From the human T2T-CHM13v2.0 reference genome, Homo sapiens, in NCBI RefSeq assembly GCF_009914755.1, contig NC_060925.1: DNA of 64,000 nt; one strand, 5' to 3'. Below, one piece after another: positions 36,480 through 49,809 of this stretch. Made by a program: the position numbers and the translations under genes. The notes beneath the pieces were generated by a model. The model ran no database searches, was not told the origin of the DNA, and was given only the letters and a program-made list of their open reading frames with translations. Position 1 is the stretch's first letter. Every line of letters starts with the position of its first letter.

Positions 36480-37430
36480 CAAGGAAAGCAACTTCATGTT
36501 GGAAAAGGTTCCCACAGATATTGGTGACAGATAATGGAAGCCCAAGAGAGAAGGTTCTAAATGAATGCTTGGTGCCCAGCGGCCTGGCCAGACAAGTTAT
36601 ATTGCAGGAGACTTGCTGTCTGCCTTGAAGCACTGAGACTTTGAGGAAAGGTGCTGGAAGCCCAGTCATGGGAAAAGGTGGAAATTTTTGACCTTTCAAA
36701 TAAAGGTCAGGCAGTTTGGATGATCTTTTTCTGGTGAGCTGGATGCTGTTCCCAGGTGAGAGGCAAGGAGTCAGTGAATTGTCACAGACCTGCCATGTTT
36801 CTTTCTGCGAGACTTGCTAGACTGGTTTTCCAGGTATTGTGTGGATGAAGTGCATTTGGATTGCAGCATGCATTTGACAGATAAAGTCTCTATCTTTGAA
36901 AATGGGATACACCCATGGACAAGGGCTGATGGCAACCAAGTCAGGTAGATGAGTAACTGATTGGACTCAGAGTACTAATGAATGAGTTGATGTGGATCTA
37001 GAGAAAGGATCTTGCACACCACAGTTTTCTGGCTTCTGTCTTGCCTTGTTAGGCATTTTTATTAATGTCTTGGATGAAGACATTGACGGCCCAGTGATAA
37101 AATTTGTGGGTGACACAAAGCTGGAAGGGATAGCTAATACATTGGACAGTAGAATTGCAATGCAAAAAAGATTTGACAGGCTGAAACAATGGACCAGATC
37201 TAACAAGATTATGTTTAATGGGGATAAATGTAAAGTCTTAACATTTGGTTAAAATAAACAGGCAAATAAGATGGAATAAGCAGCAGATGGGAAAGATGTG
37301 GTTTGATAGGAGCCTGTGTGAAAATAATAGAGATGTTTCAGCTGATTATAAGCCCAGAATGAATCACTAGTGCACTGTAAGCTCAGGCTATAATAGAAAT
37401 GTGGAGTATACTATAAGGAAGGCAGCAATC
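36480..37430 (+). mobile_element. L3/CR1 LINE ORF2 reverse-transcriptase fossil
   Basis: 36841 reads VDEVHLDCS (compare VDVVYLDFSKAFD); ORF 36992-37252 has IFINVLDEDID..KFVGDTKL..DRLKQW..FNGDKCKVL (compare IFINDLD..KFADDTKL..FNKDKCKVL). Confidence 0.9.
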
Positions 37431-37444
37431 CTTTCATAGTCTAA

Positions 37445-37630
37445 AATAACGGCTCATATTTACAGAGTGAGTTCTGTATGGCAAATATATTTATATGGAT
37501 TCTCTCAGTTATTCTCACTTCTGGCCTTTGAGTAGGAAACTGGAGCTCAGAGAGATTAAGTTACCTGTCCAAAGTCACATTACTAGAGCCAGGATATGGA
37601 CACAGGTGTTCTGACTGCACACAGATGCTC
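37445..37630 (-). mobile_element. MIR
   Basis: ggaaactggagctcagagagattaagttacctgtccaaagtcaca. Confidence 0.7.
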
Positions 37631-39704
37631 CGTCCTGGAGGGCAGAGCCATTGCCAATGAGGTGAAGAGACAAAGAGGTACATTTGGGTTCCAACAAGAC
37701 TGAACTTTCTAATAATGAGAGTGCTCTGACAATGGACTGGTGTCTTACAAGGGAATGAGGCCCTGTCAAGAGATGGCCTTAAGCACAGGCAGATTGATCA
37801 CGTGTCAGCAACAAACACTGGACCAGGTAGCTGTTGAGTTCTCATCCTACTAAGGGTTGTTGAGCTTCTAGACAGATCCTAACATCTGGAGTGCAGAGTC
37901 TGGGCATTTTTAGGTATAAGGGAAATTCCCAGGAGGTTTTCCATTTATTGCATTTAAACAATGAGCTTTAATAACCTGCTCTCTTCATAGAATTGTTTAT
38001 TTGGTTTTTAATTTTTATTCCTTAGGGATTTTTGAGTTATGTGCTAGCCTTTACCCATATAACAAAAGCCCCTAGAAAGCTGCCTCAGACCCACTGTGGA
38101 AGGATTAAAGGAACAAAGAAGAAAAAGAAACAAACACATATAATGTTTTCTACTTCATTGTAGTATCTGTGTCCTCTCACTGTCAACAGATATCATATTT
38201 TGATACTGTCAGGATTTTATATATATGTAACAGTCTTTCACTCCATCCTCCTTATCCCAAGGCTGGCCTTTCTAAATTAGTTTTTCTATTCTGCAGTGGT
38301 CTAGTGAAAGAGAGACCTATAACATTAATAGTTGGAATTATAAGGAGAAGATAGTAGAGTAAATTGGTTAAAAGCAAGGAGCTGAGAACATATTCAATCA
38401 GGAGTTACTTTACGTGATCCATAATACATGGACTTCGGTTCATCCACTTTGATTGCTGAGAGACCTCCGTCTTCTCGCTTTCAAAATTCTAGAGTATTTT
38501 AATCTTTGTTTTGGATAATTAGGATTTGTGGACTTGTGGCCCCATATATAAGATGTTTATAAATTACAGCTTCCCACGTTAAGGGAAGAAACAATGACCC
38601 AGCAGTGAGGCTGACATTCTGTTATGCACCTAGCCAGCTAATCCATCTGAACAGCTCCTATCACTCACCCAGTGGTTGAGAAAGCCGGCACTGCCCAGTA
38701 TAATGAGACAATGTCAGGCATTGTAAGTAAATATGCTTGGGCCTGCACTCAACAGTCTCATGCTGCAGTCGCATTTTCAAGGAAGCCCACACCATCTTAA
38801 TCATGCCTGCCAGGGAAGAAATTCTCTTCTCTCTGTGTTTTCTTTTCCCCAAGACATATTTCCCCTGTATCATTTAAACATATTAAATCACTCTTAGTAC
38901 GCAGAGTGGGCATCATGTTAGCATAAGATCTAATCAGAGCGAGTCTGCTGGTCTCCAAAGGCTTTATTCTTTTTGTCTCTTTCCTCTGTTTTCTTGTTAG
39001 ACTGAAGAGCCTTTTTTGACATTCTCATTTGTTCTGCTGTGTAATAGCATGGGATCTTTCAGAGCTGTCGACATCTGCTCCACTCTAGAGAGCTGCAGAA
39101 CCAAGCCAGCAGAGCAATAATAATTATGCCCAAATGGGCTGAAAAGAATGCAAGAGATGAGAAGGAAGACATGGAAAAATACACCCAGTGCGATGATGTT
39201 CTAACCTGTAAGTGGGTGTGTGTGTGAGAGTGCACGTGCTGAAGCCATACGCTTATGTGTGCATTGAGGACACAAATCATTTTCCTGAGAACAGACTAGA
39301 ATTCAATCAGGCTCAGACTTTTCCAAAGTCCCCAGTCTTTGTGCATTCCCCCAGACGGCCATGCTCAATATGGGTGCAGTTTTCTGCATGTACAATGGTA
39401 GTTTGCAGAACACTGGGGAGAAGGAACTTTCTCCTCTTTCCCTTACTCTTATATCTGGTGGGGTAACAAAGGCTGCAGATGGGTCTTCCTCCCTAGATAC
39501 TACTCTCTGGGGATAAATGAGGCTCCTTGGGAAGATGCTGTAAGTCTTCCTGATTGTCAAGATACTAGTTATTAAATAACTGGTATGCTGGCCTTACGCT
39601 AATATTAAAAATAACAACTGGCATCTATTGGGTGCTTAGTATTTGCCAGGAATTGTGTAGGCCCTTCACATGCACTATCATTCATCCTTAAAGAACTTTA
39701 TGAA

Positions 39705-40300
39705 TGGGCACAGTGGCTCGCCCCTGTAATCCCAACTTTGGAAGGCTGAGGTGGGAGGAGGGAACCCAGGAGTTTGAGACCAGTCTGGGCAAAATAGGGA
39801 GACCCTATCTCTACAAAAAAATTAAAAATTAGTCGGATGGGCTGGGCGTGGAGGCTCACGACTGTAATCCCAGGACTTTGGGAGGCCGAGGCCAGTGGAT
39901 CACCTGAGGTTAGGTGTTCAAGACCAGCCTGGCCAACATGGTGAAACCCCCGAATCTACTAAAGATACAAAAAATTAGTTGGGCATGGTGGTGGGTACCT
40001 GTAATCCCAGCTCCTTGGGAAGCTGAGGCAGGAGAATTGCTTGAACCTAGGAGGCAGATGTTTCAGTGAGCTGAGATCACACCACTGCACTCAAGCCTGG
40101 GCTACAAGAGTGAAACTCTGGTTCAAAAAAAAAAAAAAATTAGTCGGATGTGGTGGTGCATGCCTGTGGTCCCAGTTACTCAGGAGGCTGAGCTGGGAGG
40201 ATTGATTGAGCATGGGAGGTTGAAGCTGCATTTAGCCATGTTTATGCCACTGTGCTCCAGCTGGGATGACAGAGTGATACCCTGTCTCAACAACAAAAAA
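39705..40300 (+). mobile_element. AluJ split by an AluS (host halves 39705-39839 and 40140-40300), within a MIR
   Basis: Host TSD aaagaacttta; J-type right arm. Confidence 0.88.
39840..40139 (+). mobile_element. AluSx/Sq-like nested in the AluJ linker
   Basis: 16-bp TSD aaaaattagtcggatg at 39824-39839 and 40135-40150. Confidence 0.93.
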
Positions 40301-42226
40301 AGAACTTTACAAGGTAGGAGTTACTATGATCTTCATTTGCAGATGAAAAAATTAGGACTAGGCCATATTCCCAGAGGCCCTGCTGGTGCATTAAGAGAGC
40401 CTGGTTTTTCAAGGCTGTGGTTACACACGAACAAAAGAACTGGTCATGTCATTCATCTGCGATTCTTCAGCAAAGCAGCCAGACTGCTCAGTGACATACT
40501 TAGCTAGTTCCAAGAAATAATTGTCAGTTCAACAAAGAACTAAAATTTAAAAAATAAAATAAAATCCCCAAAGCAGAGAGCCCAGTATTTTTTCATTGAG
40601 TTAACTGATTACTTTGCAGAATCCAAGAATCCTACTGAGGTCTTGAGGTCATCAGGACCCAGGGTGAGTCCTGCCCCTGCTGTGAGTCTCAGGGCCCTGC
40701 TTGTTCTTGGAAGCCAATGTATCAAGGGTGGACTCTCGGCAAAGGTGTGAGGCAGATGAGACTTATCAACAGAGAACACGTCCTTCCCTCCTGTGCCATC
40801 CACTTCCCCCAGCCTCATCCCCACTCTTGCCTCACTCCAGAACTTATTCAAAATGTGCTCTCCTGACATCCTTTACCTCTTCAGAGCTTTCTCCTCAAGG
40901 GGCCCAGATGACTAACTTACACTAAAGTGACCCGTCTTTTAAAAATTCATTTTAACCAGATAAACACCTTATTTAGGCCAAAGGAATCCTTCTCAAGTGG
41001 TGGCATTTTAAGGCTTTCTCAAGGTAACAAGATGGCTCGGGGTTGGAGAGAAAGTCTCCATGGCACTTTTATAATCATACCCCATGGAAAGAGAAAGGAG
41101 CCTTTTTCCATCAGTTTATATAGCTGGATCATGCTTGGAATGGAGTAGAAAGAGAAGGATACAGAATTTTACCTGGGGGTCAGACTGCTCCAGACTTGGG
41201 AGTCATGAGGTTTTCTGTGGGAAAGCACTTTTTCTCCCTTTCCTCCCTAAAATTTCACTGAGTGTTACTATACACATTACAATGTTAACTTTGCAAAGAG
41301 AGAAGACTTACCTGAACAATTCAAAGCTTGGGCAGAAGAAAAAGCAAGCAGGGTTGACTCTTGGGAGGGAGAATAAAACCTAGAGCTAAAGAGAAGAAAA
41401 AAAAAAGCATGTGACACAATGTCTGTCAGCAGCTGTGCTGCCAAAAGTCACCCAACAGGAAGAGCAGGCAGCCAGCGAGATGGAAACTGCCAGTGCAATA
41501 AAGCATCAGTGAGAGTCAGGGCTGACTGGGGCTGTGGATAAAACTGGAGCACACCTGGGACCAAGGAATAGCATAGTCCCTCCCAGTGTGACTCGAGCAT
41601 CAGCATACAAATTGTCAGGCCCAACTTGGAGCAAAATTAGCATCAGTCACCTGATAATAGTAATGGTTACCCTACCCTTACAGATGGTAGCTCATATGAC
41701 CATAAGATGTTGACCAGTGAAATGCACTCAGCCAGCCAAGACTTGGGCTGCCGCATGCCACATAATCTTTGTGGCTCTTGGTTTTTCATTCCAATAAAAC
41801 TTTTTTGACCTCTGTAGAAAGCTGTAACCCATACAAAAGCTCTTATGACCATTTAGGAATTCATAAGATTTTTGGAAAATTCTACATTGTCTTCCTAAGT
41901 CCCCCATGTTCCTCAAGTGCCACCTGCAGTTGATCTTCCCAGGTGAATTGGAACAATGTACCCAGAGCACCCCTCCTCTGGCCCCACCCTGAAGGATGGA
42001 GGTCTCGGAAATCTGTAATGGGTGAGCGGACTTGTAGTCCTTACTGGGGGGTGTACAGATGTGCACAGAGAGCTGGCCTCTGAGAGCATCCCTTGCAGCT
42101 AAAGGCCACTGCCTGGCTCAAGTCCATCCACATCAGCAAATCTGCATGTTGTAGTTCTACAGAGACTGCTGCTCTTGATCTAATTAATAGTTTCTTTGTT
42201 TGCATAATTTTCCACAGGAAGGACTA

Positions 42227-42332
42227 TTAGCACATCAAAAGGATGTTAAAAGTATCCTCCGTAATGATAGAGTAAATACAAACCTAGTTTATCACGTTGT
42301 CAGTTTTAACAAACACCACTTTGATGTGCTAA
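42227..42332. repeat. Short inverted-repeat element (probable degenerate MITE)
   Basis: 13-bp perfect IR ttagcacatcaaa/tttgatgtgctaa plus inner tgttaaaa/ttttaaca. Confidence 0.65.
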
Positions 42333-43249
42333 CCTTTTCCCAGGAGGTGCCCCTCTTAAGTCAATAGCCAGCAACAGGCCCAGCCTGTGAACTAGTTGAT
42401 GGTGAAAAACCAAAACAATCTCTGTAACGATATATATTTTTTAAATTCCAAAATATCTGAAAAATGCTGGAGGCATGTGTTTACTTTCCCTTCCTCCCTC
42501 CTCCGATTTAAAAGCTTTTGTAGAAAACCTGTGGGACTGATAGCACTTTTCTTCACACCTCAAGGGAGCAGTTTGAAAAATGTTTTCAGAACACTTACTT
42601 TCATAACACTCCAGGGAAAGAAAGAAAGGTGGGTCATTTACATAAAGTTAAGGATTTCTGTATACCCCGTTTCTGTCCTTCCTCTCAAAGAAAAGAGAGG
42701 GGGAACACCAAATCTCCTTGAAACTTTAAGAGCCCTCTGAGGTTTAACTCAAGAAAGAAAATGCCTCTGAAGGCAGACAGCAGAGAATGAGAGTATGACC
42801 AAGCGCCTCAGCTGTCCAAAACACCTCAAGGTGCAGGTTAAACCCAATAACGGTGATCCTATCATGGGACGGGATTGGCAAAGGCTCCTTCTGTATGGAA
42901 AGTATACTCAGTAAAATCACTCAGGCCTTTCAGTGGGAAGTTTGGCAGCTAAGTCCTGTGGAATGTTTTCAGTAACTAAAATTTAACTCCCTTAGCTTAA
43001 ACAAATTATTTATTTAGTCACCTACATACTACATTCAGGCTCATTTTCTTAGGCAGAAGATACTGAACATAATTTTAACTTCTTTTTTATGGTTATTGAT
43101 TGGCATGAGACTTGTCTTATTACCTGCAGGCTGGAGAAATAAGTTCAGAAACTAACAAAATATCACTGAGGCAACTAGAATGACATGACTACTGAAGTAA
43201 AAGGATACATAGGATCTGTTTCCATTACTCCTTCTTATGAGGAGTCTGA

Positions 43250-43777
43250 TTATGTCTGTCATTTTCCTCCCCCAGGAAGCCCATGTGCCTCAGGAGAATC
43301 TGTCCCGAGCCCTTCTTCCCACCTAGACTGTATTCCAGGGGAGGCCTGATTTGGTCATCTCAGTGCTTTGTCAGTGGTTGGTTGAGAAATGATCATGTGA
43401 ATAAAAAAAAAAAAGAACAGAAATGATCATGTGATATGTGATACTTTGGGCCAATGAGGCAAAAGGAAAGGTATTCTAGGAGCCTCTGGGGAAAATTTCC
43501 TTGTTCATCAGGGACAGCCATGGGAACAGTCTCTGAACATTGCTATCCACAGATGTGAGGCCATCTACTACAGCTGCCTGGCTGAGGATGAAGCTGTGAG
43601 TTGGGAAATGGATGAGCTAAGAGAACTACCGGGAAATGGGGCCGCAGTACGTGACTCCATCAACCTGAAAGCCTGAAATACCTCTGGACTTCAGCTTTGT
43701 GAGCCATCTATTATCTTATTTTAGAAGCCAGTTTGAATTTTCTGTTGCATACACATAAAGAAATCGTAACTCATACA
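43250..43777 (+). mobile_element. MLT1 (J/K-like) solo LTR
   Basis: gggccaatgaggc...cctctggacttc...agccagtttgaattttctgttgc...cgtaactcataca. Confidence 0.7.
43385..43434 (+). mobile_element. Solo poly(A) retro-insertion with 16-bp TSD
   Basis: agaaatgatcatgtga + ataaaaaaaaaaaagaac + agaaatgatcatgtga. Confidence 0.85.
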
Positions 43778-44444
43778 AGTTGTCAACAACGAAGAACTTC
43801 TACATAGTGCTAATAATGAAAATTTTAAACACTGCCTTTATAAAAAAAGAATGTAATATTGACAAATGGGTGAAAAGATGATCAACTGTATTGTAATAGA
43901 AGTAAGAGGACTTCCTCTAAAGTGTGAGTGACTATATTATGAAACTGTTGAGCACTAAGCCTAAGAGACTGTCATCATATGGGGTAGTTTGAATAAGACC
44001 AAGAGAAATGATCTAAATTATTAGAAACAGAGATCTACCATGGTCATACTTAAACTTAGCATGTGACCTTTTGAAGAGAATAAGTAGATACGACATGGGG
44101 TACAGTTTAAAACAGTCCTCAAGATGCCCTGGTCAAGAGACCAGAGACTGTTCTAGAGGTTCTAACAATAAGAATACAGTTTCAAATGGAGCGGCATGGG
44201 CTGGAGGATGGTCAGCCTAATTTGTGTACACCAAGACCAGTTTTGTACATAAATAAAAATGGAAAGCTCCAAGGAATTGGGAAAATGTCCTTTCCCCATC
44301 TGAAATACTTCCCCAAATGCCTGCTGACTGAAATTATGTTAACTCTGGAATAAAGACACTCCTTTAACAAGAGGTAAATGACCTCAAATGCAAATTTCCA
44401 CAGGAGCACTAATATGGTACTAAAAACTTGGCCATGCTAATGTG

Positions 44445-44607
44445 AACGTTTGTTTACTTTCTGTCTCAATATCTCCAGACTATAACCTTTGTGAGGCAGA
44501 GATATTTTTGTCCTTTTCACTGCTTTATCCCTAGTAAATGACTAAGTGCCTAAAATGGTGCCTAGTCTTTTGTATATGCAAAATAAACATTTGTGAATGA
44601 ATGAATG
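44445..44607 (+). mobile_element. L2 3' end
   Basis: ccagactataacctttgtgaggcagaga...aataaacatttgtgaatgaatgaatg. Confidence 0.8.
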
Positions 44608-45599
44608 GCAAATATCTGAGCCTTTACCAAGAGCAAACTTTTATAGGAAGGAAGGAAAATCTCCACAGAGCACTATATGACTGAAAGAGATAAAAGGAAA
44701 AGTGAACCCTAAAGAAGTGAAAGGGGCAAGAAAATGAACAAAAGATGGGAAAGATTATATTTTTTCTTACTTCATTTAGTCTAAGACAGGCCCTGATTGA
44801 GTTCCCACACTAGATCCCGTGTCAAGGAGTTGGAAGACTCTGACATTCTAAGGATAGAGAATCACAGTATTTGAGCCATGCAGCAGAACCAGATTGCATC
44901 TTCACTCTCCATTGGCCCACCTGTCTCTTGTTCTCCAAATAGTAATTCCCTCCCCAAACTCCAGAGGTGAATTTATCATAAAGCTCAAGCTTCACTGCAC
45001 CTCAAATTGATAGGAGGAACCCTAGCAGTGTATTTACTTGCCATATGTTTTGGCAAAACTTGTACAAGTGGGATTTTGTAGTCACAATAGGTGAGACTGT
45101 TGTCTCTTTGTACTCCAACTTCTCCTTATATCAGGTGGCATCCAAGGGGCTGCAGACATTCTGGGGAGGGGGGGCAGCTAAGGCAAGTAGAATTGGAGAT
45201 ACGTTCTTTTGGGCTGAATGCTGTTACAGGAATGGCTTTCAGGAAGATACCAACAGCCCACTGTGGAAACTCACCTGGTGTCATAACATAAAGGGGCATA
45301 TCTAAAGGTTAAATCACAATATGAATACATCCGAGACCCTAGTAGAGGAAATGCAAGGTTTGAAATGGATTGGAACCAGAAGCTGGTCTGTGGAAAATTC
45401 TTTCCAATCAATTGTAGCGGAGGATTTAGTTTCTATTGACACCTAATTGAAAGGAAGTTCTCTCCTATTGGGAATGCACATGCAGATGCAGTGTACATGA
45501 TTGTGTTTTTGTACTATACAATAAAACTATTTTTCATAGATTTACATATAAAGTCAATAGAAATAATTCTGATATCTAGCAGTAAACTGTAACAAAAAA

Positions 45600-45885
45600 C
45601 AGTTGGGTGTGGTGGCTCATGCCTGTAATTCTTACACTTTGGGAGGCCGAGGCCAGGAGTTTGAGACCAGCCTGCACAACATAGTGAGACCCTATCTCTA
45701 CCAAAAATTTCAAAATTAGCCTGGCACGGTGGTGTGTGCCTGTAGTCTCAGCTACTCAGGAGGCTGAGACAGGAGGATCACTTGAACCTGTGAATCTGAA
45801 GATGGAGTGAGCTATGATTTTGCCACTGCTCTCCAGCCTGGGCAACAGAATGAGACCCTGTCTCTAAAAAATATTTTTTTAAAAA
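45600..45885 (+). mobile_element. AluJ with left-arm deletion
   Basis: gggaggccgaggccaggagtttgagacc; ggaggatcacttga. Confidence 0.88.
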
Positions 45886-45896
45886 AGTATCATTTC

Positions 45897-46188
<292 letters not shown>

Positions 46189-46901
46189 TCATTAAGAGGA
46201 AGAGATAAATTGCCAATAGAAATAATAAATAGGCTTTTATATTATTTAATGATCTAATCAATAAAAAAGAATGAGTTATACGAATATATTTGTAAAATAT
46301 TTAAATTTATAATTAGACAGGAATGTTTATATTGACAAAGATAATATAAACCATAATACACCATTAGAAGGAGGACATAGATCACAAATTAGTTAATAGT
46401 GAATGCCATCAATTCATAGCATATTTAAGATTAGTCATTGAGAGACTGAAATGCCACCTCATCGCAGGAGGCGCCTGGCAGGGATGGAGCTGGTGCGGGC
46501 CTGGAAGTAGATGTCCTGGTTCTACTACCAACACCTGCTGGTCACAATGCTCTACATGCTGGAGCCCGAGGAGCGGAAGGTGCTCAATTCCACGCTGGTT
46601 TCCATTGATACGCAGGATACATCTTCATGACCCAGCACATCATGGCGATATTGCACTACTTTGAAATTGTACAATAACCAAGATTAGAGGTTCCTTGGGG
46701 AAGACCCACCCTACGAAGTTGGAATGACACCATCAGATGTGATAAGAAACTCTTCTAAATGTCAACCTAACCAACCTAAAATTCATGAGTAGAACAGGAA
46801 AATCACCGACTCATGTGTTGTGTTCTATATTTTTCATTTTAAAAGAAGCTCTTGCATAGTAGCTTTTGTCTATTTTAACATTGCAGCCATTTGTACTTTG
46901 A

Positions 46902-47228
<327 letters not shown>

Positions 47229-47476
47229 TAACCTTTGTGACTGTTTCAATATTACCCCCATGAAAGCTTTTTTTTATGTACCTTTGAGTACATTATAATT
47301 GTCTTATATTTTAAAGTCATTAGTTGGGCTTTACTGTTCTTGCTATTGTATGACATATACATCTGCCTGGATATATTTTTACTCTTGACCAAAGTTTTAT
47401 AAGAACAATATAAGATTTAGGGTAGGGGCATGGGGAGGAAGGATATTTTATTAAGAACTACTTAAAAGAAATACTT

Positions 47477-47756
47477 GCTGGGCACGGTGGCTCACACCTG
47501 TAATCCCAGCACTTTGGAAGGCTGAGGCAGGCGGATCACAAGGTTAGGAGATCGAGGCCATCCTGGCTAACACAGTGAAACCCTGTCTCTCCTAAAAATA
47601 CAAAAAAATTAACTGGGTGTGGTGGCGGGCGCCCGTAGTCCCAGCTACTTGGGAGGCTGAGGCGGGAGAATGGGTGTGAACCCAGGAGGCAGAGCTTGCA
47701 GTGAGCCGAGATCATGTCACTGCACTCCAGCCTGGGTGACAGGGCGAGACTGTCTC

Positions 47757-47783
<27 letters not shown>
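47477..47783 (+). mobile_element. AluY-like in the pseudogene 3' UTR
   Basis: gagatcgaggccatcctggctaacac, gagcttgcagtgagccg. Confidence 0.92.
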
Positions 47784-47788
<5 letters not shown>

Positions 47789-47904
47789 ACATATATCAAA
47801 ATATATTTTATTAAGAGCTACTTATCTGTAAGCTTGAACTCACAAGTATAGTTTTAGCTATCTAGACTCTAACAGCTTTTGCTTTAAAACTATTAAAGCA
47901 TTTG

Positions 47905-48203
47905 TGGTTTTTTTGTTTTGTTTTTGTTTTTTTCTTTTTTGAGACCAGAGTCTTGCTCTGTTGCCCAGGCTGGATCTCGGCTGCAACCTCCACCTCCCGG
48001 GTTCAAGTGATTCTCCTGCCTCAACCTCCCAAGTAGCTGGGATTACAGGCACCCGCAACCACACTTGGCTAATTTTTGTATTTTTAGTAGAGACGGGGTT
48101 TCACCATGTTGGTCAGGCTGGTCTCGAACTCCTGACCTCGTGATCTGCCCGCCTCAGCCTCCCAAAGTGCTGGGATTACAGGCATGAGCCACCGCACCTC
48201 GCC
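47905..48203 (-). mobile_element. AluSg-like in the pseudogene 3' UTR
   Basis: Reverse-complement Alu with small deletions. Confidence 0.92.
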
Positions 48204-48552
48204 GGGTAATGATTCTTGAGACAAGAGGTGGTTAAGTAGCATTATTATGTAATGTTTATATACCATGGAGTTTTTACAAGAAGATAAATCTATTTCCTCT
48301 GAGGGCCACTATTAACAATGTACTTCCTTAAATTTAGTTAAGTGATCGTAATACGTGCTGCATTTGCACATTGCATTAAGTTATGATGAGCTGAATTGTT
48401 ACAAATTATAGCAAAAAGAAGTGTAAACTTGGCTAAAATCCTTTCATTCTTTGTATTTTTTTAAAGATTTTTATTCCTTAAATGCAAAATGACTACCTAA
48501 TTTTTTTATGTAAATTCATTAAATTCAAAGAGAAAAAAAGATTAGTCATTGA

Positions 48553-49070
48553 ACAGTAACAACAACGAAAACAAATTAGAGATACTCTGAAATCTTAGAG
48601 TTCACATATGACAAAAATTTGATGGAAATTTCCTAAAACTGTGATCCCAAGCATTTATGTGATAGTACAAATAATGAGTTATGAAGCTCACAGAAACTTT
48701 TCCAAATTCTTAATGAAAAACAAATTTGATCAACCATGCTACTGGAAAGACTAATCTATCTTTATATGTACCCTCTTGATAGAAAATACTACAAAAATCT
48801 TTGTTATATGAAGTCGTGACCCAAGAATATATAGAGCCAAAAAATGAAGGCATAATTATATAGGGGTGTCAGGGCAATTAAGTACCATGTATATATATAT
48901 ATTTTTAATTTTGTGATTCTTGTGGCAGTTAAATATTTTTAAAATGTGTAATTGATAGCAATTTCTTTTCTCACTTTAAATCAACACTCAAACCTAATTT
49001 TGTATAAATATTCTTGTCATCTTTTTCTTTTAAAAAGCCTCTAAAATTATGTAAGCTTCAGACCCCAAAA
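48553..49070 (+). mobile_element. hAT-Tip100 (Zaphod-like) DNA transposon 3' remnant; the retrocopy probably inserted into it
   Basis: gagttatgaagctcacagaaacttttccaaa...atcaaccatgctactggaaagactaatctatct resembles the hAT dimerisation motif (S.EAER.FSKL...STM..ERL); terminus-like taagcttcagacccca. Confidence 0.6.
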
Positions 49071-49385
49071 GGAGTAACTTATCAAGAGGAAAAGATCCTA
49101 GATTCACTTCTGCTTCTACTTATTCTACTTCTGGATTTATTAAACCATTACTCAGATTTTAAAACACACCACACACAAAGAAAAGTTTCTAAAATAAATG
49201 AGCTAACATGGATTTTTTTCATATTCTCCATCTTCTTGATAGCCCAGAGATCCTGATACTCTTTGGACTTTGGTAGTGGAATGGTAGATGTGTGTTGAGA
49301 ATGGAAGGGAGTTAAGGATGGGGTTCTAGAATTCAGATGCCCTCTTAGGGTTTGAAATGTGGGGGAAAAAAAAAGAGAATCACTG

Positions 49386-49755
49386 CTTATCTTAGTCTGT
49401 TCGGGTAGCTGTAACAAAATACCATACCTGAGTGACTTACAAGTAATAGAAATGTTATTTCTCACATTTCTGGAGTCTGGGAAGCCCAAGATCAAGGTGC
49501 TAGCAGATTTGGTGTCTGGTAAGGGCTAACTTCCTTGTTCAAAAATGGTGCCTTCTTGCTGTGTCCTCACATAGTGGAAGAGGTGAGGGAAATTTGGGGG
49601 GCAGCTCTCATAAGGACACTGATCATTCATGATGGCCTGCCTTCACGAGACTCAGTCACCTCCCAAGGGCCCCCAGTTCCTAACAGCATCACCTATGGCG
49701 GTGAGGATTTCAACATATACATTTTAGGAGGATACAAACATTCAGATGATAGGCC
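49386..49755 (-). mobile_element. MLT1A-like solo LTR
   Basis: tcttagtctgttcgggtagctgtaacaaaatacca...ccaagatcaaggtgctagcagatttggtgtctgg...acaaacattcaga. Confidence 0.88.
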
Positions 49756-49809
49756 AGAGCACTGACCTAGGCAATGGCATCTACAGAAAAGAGAAAAATA
49801 ATTTACTTT

